Assembly (NCBI GenBank): GCA_964441705.1
Contig: CAYTWF010000001.1
Coordinates: forward strand, 42,163-106,162
DNA: 64,000 nucleotides
Reading direction: 5' to 3'
Source: an uncultured Butyrivibrio sp.
GTDB taxonomy: Bacteria > Bacillota > Clostridia > Lachnospirales > Lachnospiraceae
Shown: positions 9,931-19,547 of the stretch, piece after piece
Position numbering within the stretch: position 1 is the stretch's first letter
Layout: every line of letters starts with the position of its first letter
Notes under the pieces: model-generated
What the model was told of the DNA's origin: nothing
Database searches by the model: none
The model's input: the letters and a program-made list of their open reading frames with translations, nothing else
Position numbers and translations under genes: made by a program

Positions 9931-10941
9931 ATGGGAAAAACAGGCAAGTGCAGCATTTGCTTTGACAATGCGCCGGTAATTAAACATCGAGCATCAATAG
10001 CGGGCCAAAAGGAAAGTGAAGGTCCGCTTGGTGCTCTTTTTGATGTGGTAATAAGTGACCCAATGGCTGGAAAGGACAACTGGGAGGAGGCAGAAAGCGA
10101 ATTTCAGAAAAAGGTAATAGAGATTCTTTTATCCAAATCAGGACTTGACAAAAAGGATATACGCTATATTTTTTCAGGAGACCTGCTTGGACAGCTGATT
10201 GCTACCTCCTTTGGAATCAGGGATTTCGAGATTCCACTGTTCGGATTGTATGGGGCGTGCTCGACAATGGGTGAATCGTTGTCGCTGGCCGCTATGACGG
10301 TGGCAGCGGGCTATGCTGATAATGTAATTGCAATGACCTCAAGTCATTTTGCAAGCGCAGAGAAGCAGTTTAGATATCCGCTTGAGTACGGAAGCCAGAG
10401 ACCATTATCGGCAACCTGGACGGTTACAGGCGCAGGTGGGGTTATTCTTGGCAGTGGTCAGACCGGCAACAGGGTAACTGCAATTACAACCGGCAAAATT
10501 GTTGATTATGGGATTGCAGATTCAATGAATATGGGAGCAGCAATGGCACCGGCAGCCTGTGACGTGCTCTATAATCATTTCATGGACCTTGATATTGGTC
10601 CGGACCATTATGATGCAATATATACAGGTGATTTGGGAACAGTGGGACAGCGTATTCTCATTGACCTTATGGAACAGAAGGGCTTTAGCATATCCGGAGT
10701 CCATCATGACTGCGGAATTGAGATATTCAATCAGGAAACTCAGGACACTCATGCGGGTGGAAGTGGCTGTGGCTGCAGTGCGCTGACTTTGTGCGCATAT
10801 ATTTTAAAGGCAATGGACCAGGGACTTTTCCAGCGTGTATTGTTCATACCAACTGGTGCACTGCTGTCTACAACAAGCTTCAATGAGGGACAGACTGTTC
10901 CGGGGATTGCCCATGCAGTGGCAATTGAGCATTTTGAATAG
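9931..10941 (+). CDS. spoVAD: Stage V sporulation protein AD
   Basis: 'KESEGPL', 'WEEAES', 'GDLLGQ', 'GLYGACST', 'HFASAEKQFRYPLEYGSQRP', 'HAGGSGCGCS', 'PGIAHAV'. Confidence 0.95.
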   Translation: MGKTGKCSICFDNAPVIKHRASIAGQKESEGPLGALFDVVISDPMAGKDNWEEAESEFQKKVIEILLSKSGLDKKDIRYIFSGDLLGQLIATSFGIRDFEIPLFGLYGACSTMGESLSLAAMTVAAGYADNVIAMTSSHFASAEKQFRYPLEYGSQRPLSATWTVTGAGGVILGSGQTGNRVTAITTGKIVDYGIADSMNMGAAMAPAACDVLYNHFMDLDIGPDHYDAIYTGDLGTVGQRILIDLMEQKGFSISGVHHDCGIEIFNQETQDTHAGGSGCGCSALTLCAYILKAMDQGLFQRVLFIPTGALLSTTSFNEGQTVPGIAHAVAIEHFE

Positions 10942-10953
10942 GAGGAAAGCAAT

Positions 10954-11310
10954 ATGGATTATATATTGGCATTTGTAGTGGGTGGTGCAATATGCGCCGT
11001 CGTGCAGATTTTAATGGAGAAAACCAAGCTTATGCCGGGAAGAATAATGGTTCTTCTTGTGTGCGGCGGCTCAGTGTTAAGTGCAGTTGGATTGTATGAA
11101 CCCTTTGCCAAATGGGCGGGTGCAGGAGCCAGCGTTCCATTGCTGGGATTTGGCAATGTGCTGTTTAAGGGTGTGAAGGAAGCCGTGGATATGGAGGGCT
11201 TTCTCGGTATTTTTCTTGGGGGCTTTAAGGCTGGAGCAGCAGGAATTGCAGGTGCACTTATCTTCGGATATATAGCTTCTCTGATTGTCAATCCAAGGAT
11301 GAAAAAATAA
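10954..11310 (+). CDS. spoVAE: Stage V sporulation protein AE (SpoVAC/SpoVAEb family)
   Basis: 118 aa hydrophobic; 'AFVVGGAICAVVQIL', 'AGAGASVPLLGFGN'; directly after spoVAD; RBS AGGAGG. Confidence 0.88.
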   Translation: MDYILAFVVGGAICAVVQILMEKTKLMPGRIMVLLVCGGSVLSAVGLYEPFAKWAGAGASVPLLGFGNVLFKGVKEAVDMEGFLGIFLGGFKAGAAGIAGALIFGYIASLIVNPRMKK

Positions 11311-11430
11311 TGAATCAATAAGTTAAAATAATACTGGAAATACAGAGGATTTTGTAGTACCATTAAGGGAAATACGAGGCTGTCAGGTCTGTCAGGAGCT
11401 GGTACAGCCATTATGAAAGGAAGTATTCCC

Positions 11431-12456
11431 ATGGAAAAAAAGAACATTGATTGGGCTAACCTTGGATTCGGCTATGTTAAGACTGATAAGAGGTATGTAT
11501 CCAATTACAAAAACGGAGCATGGGATGAAGGAACACTTACTGATGATGATAAGGTTGTAATCAGCGAATGTGCCGGAGTTTTACAGTATGCTCAGACAGT
11601 ATTTGAAGGACTTAAGGCTTACACAACTGAGAAGGGACAGATTGTTATTTTTAGACCTGACCTTAATGCTGAACGTCTTGAACAGTCCGCATTAAGACTT
11701 GAGATGCCTGCATTCCCAAGAGACAGATTTATTCAGGCAGTTGAAGAGACAGTTAAGGCTAATGATGGGTATGTACCACCTTATGGTTCAGGTGCAACCT
11801 TATACATTCGTCCATATATGTTCGGTTCTAACCCTGTTATTGGTGTTAAGCCGGCAGATGAGTACCAGTTCAGAGTATTCACAACCCCTGTTGGACCATA
11901 TTTCAAGGGTGGAGCAAAGCCTATTACTATTAAGGTATCAGACTTTGACCGTGCAGCACCTCATGGAACAGGTCATATCAAGGCAGGACTTAATTATGCA
12001 ATGAGTCTCCATGCAATTGTAACAGCTCATGCTGAGGGATATGACGAGAATCTTTACCTTGACCCTGCTACAAGAACTAAGGTTGAGGAGACAGGCGGAG
12101 CTAATTTCTTATTTGTTGACAAAGACAATACAATCGTTGTTCCAAAGTCTTCAAGTATTCTTCCTTCAATTACACGTCGTTCACTTGTACATGTTGCTAA
12201 GGAATATCTTGGACTTAAGGTTGAAGAGAGAGAAGTCCTTTTAAGCGAGCTTAAGGATTTTGCAGAGGCAGGTCTTTGTGGTACAGCAGCAGTTATCTCC
12301 CCAGTAGGCAAGATTGTTGACCATGGCAAGGAGATATGCTTCCCAAGTGGCATGACACAGATGGGACCTACCATTAAGAAGCTTTATGAGACATTAACCG
12401 GAATCCAGATGGGCAGACTTGAAGCACCGGAAGGATGGATAAGAGTAATAGAATAA
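11431..12456 (+). CDS. ilvE: Branched-chain amino acid aminotransferase
   Basis: 'IDWANLGFGY', 'QYAQTVFEGLKAY', 'FRPDLN', 'LYIRP', PLP Lys in 'IKAGLNY', 'EETGGAN', 'ILPSITR', 'GTAAVISPV'; start chosen by RBS AAAGGA. Confidence 0.93.
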   Translation: MEKKNIDWANLGFGYVKTDKRYVSNYKNGAWDEGTLTDDDKVVISECAGVLQYAQTVFEGLKAYTTEKGQIVIFRPDLNAERLEQSALRLEMPAFPRDRFIQAVEETVKANDGYVPPYGSGATLYIRPYMFGSNPVIGVKPADEYQFRVFTTPVGPYFKGGAKPITIKVSDFDRAAPHGTGHIKAGLNYAMSLHAIVTAHAEGYDENLYLDPATRTKVEETGGANFLFVDKDNTIVVPKSSSILPSITRRSLVHVAKEYLGLKVEEREVLLSELKDFAEAGLCGTAAVISPVGKIVDHGKEICFPSGMTQMGPTIKKLYETLTGIQMGRLEAPEGWIRVIE

Positions 12457-12476
12457 TTGGCAAGGAGTGTTATATA

Positions 12477-12703
12477 TGATTAACCCAGCTAGCCTGTTCA
12501 AAATCAAGTCCTCCTGGGACAGATTTACAGCCAATCACCCAAAGTTTCCTGCATTTGTCCAGGCAGCTTCAGCCGGTATGGTTGCGGAGGATTCCATTAT
12601 TGATATAACCATAACGGGACCCGATGGCAGAAAGATTGGTACTAATGTTAAGCTTACCCAGTCAGACATGGAGCTTTTTGAACAGCTTAAGAATATGAAA
12701 TAG
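12477..12703 (+). CDS. Small hypothetical protein
   Basis: About 75 aa ('MINPASLFKIKSSWDRFTANHPKFP...') after RBS AAGGAG, followed by a terminator. Confidence 0.7.
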
Positions 12704-12719
12704 TTACATTGTAATTAAT

Positions 12720-12762
12720 AATCACCAGCAGCACATGAAAGTGTGAGGCTGGTGATTTTTTT
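12720..12762 (+). terminator. Intrinsic terminator
   Basis: AATCACCAGC...GCTGGTGATT hairpin followed by a T-run. Confidence 0.8.
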
Positions 12763-12863
12763 CATAATAACATTGGTGTCTGTATCACAGCACTTTGATT
12801 TGCTATGATATCCTATATGCTGCCAGAGCATATAAGATGTTTGATAGAGGACTTTTCAGATAT

Positions 12864-12908
12864 GCTGTAAAATTTTACGTTGAATTTTACAGCTGTTTTG
12901 GATATAAT
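12864..12908 (+). promoter_or_regulatory. Toxin-antitoxin operon promoter with overlapping palindromic operator
   Basis: TTGAAT (12880-12885), 17 bp, TATAAT (12903-12908); perfect 11-bp inverted repeat GCTGTAAAATT (12864-12874) / AATTTTACAGC (12883-12893) over the -35 box. Confidence 0.75.
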
Positions 12909-12956
12909 ATAAGTGTAAGAGTGAAAAAAGCATATCGAAGAAAGGAAACATATACC

Positions 12957-13205
12957 ATGTCGAATATATTACCGGTATCAGATTTGAGAAACTACAATGA
13001 GGTATTAAAGAGTTGTCAGGCTGGAGAACCTGTATTTCTGACAAAGAACGGAAGAGGAAAATTCGTTGTAATGGATATTACAGACTATGAGAGAGAAAAA
13101 TCAGAAAAAAAATTGCTTATGAAATTGCAGGAAGCAGAGGATGCGGTAAAGGAAGAAAGCGCATGGCTGAGCATGGATGAATTAAAAAAATCTGTTGGGG
13201 TATAG
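12957..13205 (+). CDS. Type II antitoxin, Phd/YefM family
   Basis: 82 aa 'MSNILPVSDLRNYNEVLK...GEPVFLTKNGRGKFVVMDI'; RBS AAAGGA; acidic C-terminus. Confidence 0.9.
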   Translation: MSNILPVSDLRNYNEVLKSCQAGEPVFLTKNGRGKFVVMDITDYEREKSEKKLLMKLQEAEDAVKEESAWLSMDELKKSVGV

Positions 13206-13208
13206 ACT

Positions 13209-13508
13209 ATGATGAAATTGCGTATTAATCCCCTTGTTGTGGAAGATTTAAAAGGAATAAAAGAGTATATAGCTGAAGACAATGAGAATATGGCTATAAA
13301 GACAATACAGGATATCTATTTTAGTTTTGAGCAAATACAGGAATTTCCATATTTAGGTTCAGATTTATCTAAGCGGGTAAGCTTTAGGACAGATTACAAA
13401 TATATGATTTGCGGAAATTATGTTGTATTATATAAAATCAGAAAAGAAACTGTTGAGATATACAGAATAGTTAATCGGTATCAGGATATTACACAGATAT
13501 TTTATTAG
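13209..13508 (+). CDS. Type II toxin, RelE/ParE family
   Basis: 99 aa 'EDLKGIKEYIAEDN...FPYLG...GNYVVLYKI...VEIYRIVN..QDI'; 3 bp after the antitoxin. Confidence 0.88.
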   Translation: MMKLRINPLVVEDLKGIKEYIAEDNENMAIKTIQDIYFSFEQIQEFPYLGSDLSKRVSFRTDYKYMICGNYVVLYKIRKETVEIYRIVNRYQDITQIFY

Positions 13509-13525
13509 AATTTAGAAATTAAAAT

Positions 13526-13570
13526 AGATAAGAATAGCCAGACTGCTTGCGAGTCTGGCTATCCTTATCT
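13526..13570. terminator. Hairpin between the convergent toxin and PBP genes
   Basis: AGATAAGaATAGCCAGACT-gcttgcg-AGTCTGGCTATcCTTATCT long inverted repeat. Confidence 0.7.
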
Positions 13571-13589
13571 GTTGAGGTGCTGCCTGTCC

Positions 13590-16115
13590 TTAATGGTGCT
13601 GTGTGCACTGGTCCTTTAGCATCTCATCCGTTATTGCATATTCATAATCCTCTATAGTGTAGGCCTCAAGGTCTATTCCCAACAGAGACTTGCGAATTCT
13701 GATAACCGTCTCCTTGGCAGCTTCAGGACAATTGTCCCCCGCAACCTTGCCTGAGCTTGTACACATTGTAACCTTCATATGAACATTACAAGGAGTAGTA
13801 GGCTCTGTACCTGATTCAAAGTACTCTGAAATAACCCTGCTTCCTCTAGGGTCGCTGTCACATAGACCATCAACAGCAAGAAGCCCTGAATCCTTGCAGA
13901 TGTCAACCTTGACAATATTACCGGGAGCTGGAGCCTCTTTGCATACAAGTCCCTCATTGGCCTTGGTTAGAACCGCATTCCATACATCTATATATCCAAC
14001 ACTTCTGCTGGTATCAAATTCCTTGTTATTGTCATAGCCAGCCCATATACCGGCGGTGTAGTTAGAGGTATAACCGATAACCCACTTATCATTGTTGTTC
14101 TGTGTAGTACCTGACTTGGCAGACACGAACATTCCGCTGTAGTTAAGACCCGCCAAAGTACCGGAGGTAGTTACAGAGTGAAGTGCTTCACCCATAAGCC
14201 ATGCAGTAGATTCTTTAAGAACCTGTGTAGACTGGACAGCCTCGTTGTCAAGAATAACATTGCCATCATGGTCCAGAACCTTGGTATACAGCTTAGGTTC
14301 AACGTACTGACCACCATTGGCAAAGGTAGTATATGCAGCAGTCATTTCGTAATTAGTAACACTACAGGTACCAAGAGCTATAGGAAGATAAGCATCATTA
14401 TCAGTAAGTGTGCTTATACCATAATTCTTAAGGTATGTTATACCTGTAGATATTCCGATATCCGCAAGTGTCTTGACAGCCGGAATATTACGGGATTCAG
14501 CAAGCGCCTGTCGAAGAGTAACGTAGCCCTTATACAGCTTATCATTGTTCTTGATGACCTGACCATTATCGTAAGCATATGGCGTATCGTCAATAACAGT
14601 TCCAAGGGTATATCCGCAGGTATCAATTGCAGGTGCATATACAAGGAGTGGCTTAATTGTTGAACCTGCCTGCCTTTCAGAGCTTGTGGCTCTGTTAAGA
14701 ACCAGACTTTCCGTCTTATCTCCACGACCACCAATAATTACACGTACGTTGCCTGTAGTATTCTCAATTACCACAAGTGAGCACTGTGGCTCTGCCGTAT
14801 AGGTTATGGATTCTGTCTTATCTACCATAGTACTTCCGGAGGCTTCAAGAGTATAATTCTCAAATTCTGTTATATACTGACCGGCCTCCTCAGTGGTATC
14901 AAACAGCAGGTCACTTGAAGAGCCATAGGTCTGCTGAAGGTATTTAAGAAAATCCGACTCAGTATAGCTTGTAAGCGTTCCGGCAGAATCCTTTGCCTGA
15001 AAACGAAGGGTAACGGAATATTCAAGGTATCCATTCCACATGTTAGGGTCATTAACTACATGTTCAGCATAATCCTGCAGTGCTGAATCCTCACAGGAAT
15101 AGATGGAAAGACCGCCTCTGTATACCAGATTGTAGGCCTGCGTGTAGGAATAGCCCTTCTCAGTCATCAGGTCTTCCATTATCTCCTGAATAAGTGCATC
15201 TGTATAATAGGAATAAGCAGTAGATGAGGTAGTGGAGTTGTTAATGTTGGTAATACGCTCGTATACATCATCATTAATTGCTTCATCATATTCACTCTGA
15301 TTAATCATACCCTGTTCAAGCATACCATCCAGAACCAGCTTTCGTCTTGATTTGTTATGCTCAGGATATCTGATAGGATTGTAGTAGGATGGATTCTGTG
15401 TTATTGCAGCAATTACCGCACATTCTGAAAGAGTGAGCTCAGATACATCCTTATTAAAATAATTATGGGCAGCCGATTGTACACCAAGGTTATTGTTACC
15501 AAGGTTAATTGTGTTAAGGTAGTTGCCAAGAATCTGCTCCTTGTCAGCTATTTTCTCCAGCTTGACAGCGAGGTACTGCTCCTGAATCTTACGCTTAACT
15601 CTGTCTCCAAGACTGTCCTCATTCTCAACAGAGAAAACACTGTTCTTTATAAGCTGCTGGGTAATTGTACTTGCACCTTGGGTAAATCTGAAATTATTGG
15701 TAATACCAATATATGCGGCTCTGATAATACCCTTGGCATCAATACCATTATGCTCGTAGAATCTTTCATCCTCAATTGCCACAAAGGCATCCTTAAGATT
15801 CTGTGGTACCTCGTCAATGGTCACTGATATACGGTTGGCACCAGAGGCAACAAGGGTCTCAGTCTGAATGTTGTTGCAGTCATACACAGTAGTCTTGTAC
15901 TGGGAAGGTGTAACATCATCAAGGGTAACAACCGGAGCAGTTTCAATTATTCCATTAATGGCACCGGCACCCATGCAGGTCAGGGTTATACCACCGAATA
16001 CAACAACAGTAATAAATCCCTTAAAAATATATGCAAGAGCCTTTGTTTTGTTTTTATTTTTATGTGAAGCTATCTCACGCTGACGTTTCTTAATTCCGTC
16101 GCTGCTGTAATTCAT
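13590..16115 (-). CDS. Class A penicillin-binding protein (PBP1A family; transglycosylase + transpeptidase)
   Basis: GT51 motifs 'EDERFYEHNG', 'GASTITQQLIK', 'RKIQE'; transpeptidase SxxK 'GSTIKP', SxN 'SRN', 'KSGT'; start at 16115 after RBS AGGAGG. Confidence 0.93.
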   Translation of the reverse strand: MNYSSDGIKKRQREIASHKNKNKTKALAYIFKGFITVVVFGGITLTCMGAGAINGIIETAPVVTLDDVTPSQYKTTVYDCNNIQTETLVASGANRISVTIDEVPQNLKDAFVAIEDERFYEHNGIDAKGIIRAAYIGITNNFRFTQGASTITQQLIKNSVFSVENEDSLGDRVKRKIQEQYLAVKLEKIADKEQILGNYLNTINLGNNNLGVQSAAHNYFNKDVSELTLSECAVIAAITQNPSYYNPIRYPEHNKSRRKLVLDGMLEQGMINQSEYDEAINDDVYERITNINNSTTSSTAYSYYTDALIQEIMEDLMTEKGYSYTQAYNLVYRGGLSIYSCEDSALQDYAEHVVNDPNMWNGYLEYSVTLRFQAKDSAGTLTSYTESDFLKYLQQTYGSSSDLLFDTTEEAGQYITEFENYTLEASGSTMVDKTESITYTAEPQCSLVVIENTTGNVRVIIGGRGDKTESLVLNRATSSERQAGSTIKPLLVYAPAIDTCGYTLGTVIDDTPYAYDNGQVIKNNDKLYKGYVTLRQALAESRNIPAVKTLADIGISTGITYLKNYGISTLTDNDAYLPIALGTCSVTNYEMTAAYTTFANGGQYVEPKLYTKVLDHDGNVILDNEAVQSTQVLKESTAWLMGEALHSVTTSGTLAGLNYSGMFVSAKSGTTQNNNDKWVIGYTSNYTAGIWAGYDNNKEFDTSRSVGYIDVWNAVLTKANEGLVCKEAPAPGNIVKVDICKDSGLLAVDGLCDSDPRGSRVISEYFESGTEPTTPCNVHMKVTMCTSSGKVAGDNCPEAAKETVIRIRKSLLGIDLEAYTIEDYEYAITDEMLKDQCTQHH

Positions 16116-16288
16116 ATGACGCCTCCTGTTTATGCGATTAGTCCATATAAGTATAACAAATAATATCTCAGAAATAAAGAAAAAAACATAAATGTAATAT
16201 TTGCTTAACAATCTCATAAAAAGTATAAACAAAAAATTCCAATTTCAGACATTGGTATGTTACAATAATCAAAAGTGGAGGATGCACC

Positions 16289-16924
16289 ATGGAAGAATAT
16301 ATAATAATAGATAATGGTGGAGACGGACTGTATGAAGAGAAAAAATCCCGTTTTCTTGCCAGAACATATACAATTGCAGACGAGGGTGAGGCAACAGGAT
16401 ATATAGAGGCTGCCAGAAAGCAGTATTGGGATGCCAGGCATAACTGCTATGCCTATGTTCTTGGAGATAATAATGAGATAATGAGATTTTCCGATGATGG
16501 AGAACCCTCTGGAACTGCGGGAAAGCCTATTCTGGAGGTGATTACAGGCTGTAATCTTCGTAACTGCCTGATAATTGTTACAAGATATTTTGGCGGAACA
16601 CTCCTTGGAACAGGTGGACTGGTCAGGGCATACACTAAGGCATCGAAGGATGCATTGGCGGCCAGCAGTCTTTTGCAGTGCATACCTGGTATGGGCGCGC
16701 ACATACTTACAGATTATAATGGAATAGGCAAAATACAATATATTGCAGCACTGTGTCAGGCAGTAATAACAGATACAGTGTATACGGACTGCGTTGAGCT
16801 TGATATAGAAGCAAGAGAGAAGGATTATTGTGAGCTTGTTAAGAAAATAACAGAGAGTACTAATGGAAAGGCTGTATTCACTAATGAACACAGCCTTCCG
16901 GTTAAGCTTCCTTATTCGATTTAG
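16289..16924 (+). CDS. YigZ/IMPACT family protein
   Basis: 'EKKSRF', 'DARHNCYAY', 'SDDGEPSGTAG', 'VTRYFGGTLLGTGGLVRAY'. Confidence 0.93.
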   Translation: MEEYIIIDNGGDGLYEEKKSRFLARTYTIADEGEATGYIEAARKQYWDARHNCYAYVLGDNNEIMRFSDDGEPSGTAGKPILEVITGCNLRNCLIIVTRYFGGTLLGTGGLVRAYTKASKDALAASSLLQCIPGMGAHILTDYNGIGKIQYIAALCQAVITDTVYTDCVELDIEAREKDYCELVKKITESTNGKAVFTNEHSLPVKLPYSI

Positions 16925-17813
16925 AACCAGAGAAAAAACGTCTGATTATCAGTGGGTACAATCCAATTACCCATAGAACAAGAACAGCATATCTTATTAT
17001 ACTTACAACAATACCCTCACCAAATACTGCCTTAATGCCTTCCTTTAAAGCCAAGGCGATTCCAAGTCCTATAATGAATTTGACAATTTGAATTCCTATG
17101 TTAGGAGAGGCTTTAGGGTCGAACTTAATGTAGGAGGTCTCAATATACCAGCCAATACCAAAGCCAATTCCCGCACCTGCCGCCTTGAAGCAGTCCATTG
17201 TAAGAGCAGGAGTGGAAAGCCCGGCAGATACAACATATGCGCAATAGCCAATGAGAGCGGCAGAGATTACCTCTATGGCAATTGCAATGCCTGTCCTTTT
17301 GGCAGCATTTATTTTGACCCTGTCATATATCAGGCTTACAAGAACTGACGTGGTAATCGTAATGGCAAATGACACACCAACATCGGCAGGCGTATGACAT
17401 CCAAGATACATTCTTGAGAAAATAACAAGGACAATAATTATTGCAGCTGCAATAGATGTCCAAGTCTTTTTAATGTGAAAAGCAAGAGAGCTGAAAAGAC
17501 CGGTAACTCCCTGAGTATGTCCACTTGGAAAGGAATAGCCTGTGGCACCTGCTTTTGCTGCTTCAACAGGATACAGACGGCTGTCACGAACCCATGGACG
17601 CTCAATCCTGCAGGCTACCTTAAGTCCTTGAACCAGAAGACCTGATATAAAATAAGTAAACCCCAATTTATAAGCCAGTTTTTTGTTAAGGCACCAGTAG
17701 GCTATACATAGTGACGCTATAATGATTATGTCGCTTCCCAGATATGTTACACAGGACATAACAGCGTCAAGAAAGGGCTGTCTGATTGATTGCAGCCAGT
17801 ATAAAAAATTCAT
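16902..17813 (-). CDS. PAP2-family membrane phosphatase
   Basis: 'K..CRIERP', 'YSFPSGH', 'SRMYLGCHTPADV'; many TM helices. Confidence 0.9.
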   Translation of the reverse strand: MNFLYWLQSIRQPFLDAVMSCVTYLGSDIIIIASLCIAYWCLNKKLAYKLGFTYFISGLLVQGLKVACRIERPWVRDSRLYPVEAAKAGATGYSFPSGHTQGVTGLFSSLAFHIKKTWTSIAAAIIIVLVIFSRMYLGCHTPADVGVSFAITITTSVLVSLIYDRVKINAAKRTGIAIAIEVISAALIGYCAYVVSAGLSTPALTMDCFKAAGAGIGFGIGWYIETSYIKFDPKASPNIGIQIVKFIIGLGIALALKEGIKAVFGEGIVVSIIRYAVLVLWVIGLYPLIIRRFFSGSKSNKEA

Positions 17814-17931
17814 ATTTAATCACACCTTTACATTAATATATGTAGATTTTATACTAATTAATTATGTACGTCTACAGTTTTTTGAAGTATAATTGAATCA
17901 GGATAAAATATTAAGATACGGAGGCGGGAAC

Positions 17932-19536
17932 ATGAGATTATCTTTTTTAGGAGCAGACCATGAGGTAACCGGAAGCTGTCACATTATTAACGCGTGCGGT
18001 AAGTATATTCTTATTGATTGTGGTATGGAGCAGGGACAGGATGCAGACGAGCAGCAGCGTATGCCAGACAACATATCGGATATTGATTATGTTTTTCTTA
18101 CACATGCACATATTGACCATTCAGGAATGGTGCCATATCTGTATGCAAGAGGCTTTAGGGGAACTGTATATGCAACAGATGCCACAGCGGATTTGTGCAG
18201 AATAATGCTTAGAGATTCAGCACATATTCAGCAGACTGAGGCTGAGTGGAAGAGCAGGAAGGCTATAAGAGCCGGACGCCCTGAGGTTGAACCAATGTAT
18301 CGAATTAATGATGCAGATGGAGTAATGCGCCTGTTTCAGGGAGCTGCATATGATGTTAGATGGAATTTGTGCGAAGGAATTGATGTAAGATTTGCAGATG
18401 CAGGACACCTGCTTGGCTCTTCAAGTATTGAGCTGTGGATAACAGAAGAGGGTGTTACGAAGAAAATAGTATTTTCAGGGGATATTGGTAATGTTAACAG
18501 ACCTCTTATCAAGGACCCTCATTATATAGAAGATGCAGATTATGTAGTTATGGAGTCTACCTATGGAGACAGGTTCCATGATACAGATGTAGATTATGTG
18601 CAGCAGCTTACTAATATATGCCAGACAACCTTTGACAATGGTGGCAATGTGGTTATTCCGTCCTTTGCTGTTGGAAGAACTCAGGAGATGCTGTATTATT
18701 TTCGTAAGATTAAGCATGACCGACTTGTTAAGGGACATGAAGGCTTTAAGGTGTACGTGGACAGTCCGCTGGCAGTAGAGGCAACTCAGGTGTTCTACAA
18801 GAATGAGAACGACTGCTTTGACGAGGATGCAGCTGCACTGCTTTCGAAGGGAATTAATCCTATCAGATTCCCGGGACTTACTCTTTCGGTTACAAGTGAT
18901 GAATCCAAAGCAATTAATTTTGATAATGAACCTAAGGTAATTATCTCCGCATCAGGTATGTGTGAGGCCGGACGAATCAGACACCACCTTAAGCACAACC
19001 TGTGGAGAAAAGACAGTACAGTAGTATTTGTTGGTTATCAGGCAATTGGAACTCTGGGACGAACACTCCTTGACGGAGCAACAGAGGTTAAGCTGTTTGG
19101 TGAGACCATTGACGTTATGGCGAATGTGGTTAAGCTGGAGGGCGTCAGCGGTCATGCTGATAAGGCAGGACTTATTAAATGGGTAGAGGCCTTTAAGCAG
19201 AAGCCGTCAAAGGTATTCGTTGTACATGGTGAGGATTCTGTGTGTGATGAATTTGCAAAATGCCTGAAGGATGAGCATGGATTTGATACGATGGCACCGT
19301 ACTCTGGAACAATATATGACCTGGCGGCTGACAGCTGTGTTGTGGAGGGCGTTCCGGTTAGAAAAGAGACTGTCCAGCGAACAGAACCATCTAAGGTATC
19401 TAATGTATTTGAGAGACTGCTGGCAGCAGGCAGAAGATTGCTTACAGTTATTAAGCATAACGAAGGAGGCGCCAATAAGGACCTTGCAAGATTTGCTGAC
19501 CAGATTAATTCAATGTGTGACAAGTGGGACAGATAG
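17932..19536 (+). CDS. MBL-fold metallo-hydrolase with beta-CASP domain (putative RNA-processing nuclease)
   Basis: 'LGADHEVTGSC', 'LTHAHIDHSG', 'AGHLLGS', 'FSGDIG', 'ESTYG', 'FAVGRTQE', 'SASGM', 'SGHAD', 'VHGE'; ATG after GGAGG. Confidence 0.92.
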   Translation: MRLSFLGADHEVTGSCHIINACGKYILIDCGMEQGQDADEQQRMPDNISDIDYVFLTHAHIDHSGMVPYLYARGFRGTVYATDATADLCRIMLRDSAHIQQTEAEWKSRKAIRAGRPEVEPMYRINDADGVMRLFQGAAYDVRWNLCEGIDVRFADAGHLLGSSSIELWITEEGVTKKIVFSGDIGNVNRPLIKDPHYIEDADYVVMESTYGDRFHDTDVDYVQQLTNICQTTFDNGGNVVIPSFAVGRTQEMLYYFRKIKHDRLVKGHEGFKVYVDSPLAVEATQVFYKNENDCFDEDAAALLSKGINPIRFPGLTLSVTSDESKAINFDNEPKVIISASGMCEAGRIRHHLKHNLWRKDSTVVFVGYQAIGTLGRTLLDGATEVKLFGETIDVMANVVKLEGVSGHADKAGLIKWVEAFKQKPSKVFVVHGEDSVCDEFAKCLKDEHGFDTMAPYSGTIYDLAADSCVVEGVPVRKETVQRTEPSKVSNVFERLLAAGRRLLTVIKHNEGGANKDLARFADQINSMCDKWDR

Positions 19537-19547
19537 GATAGTGGAGA

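Noticed and set aside
11311-11430. T-box or attenuator upstream of ilvE
   Set aside because: Leader is too short, with no T-box motif or terminator; only a short CTGTCAGG duplication.
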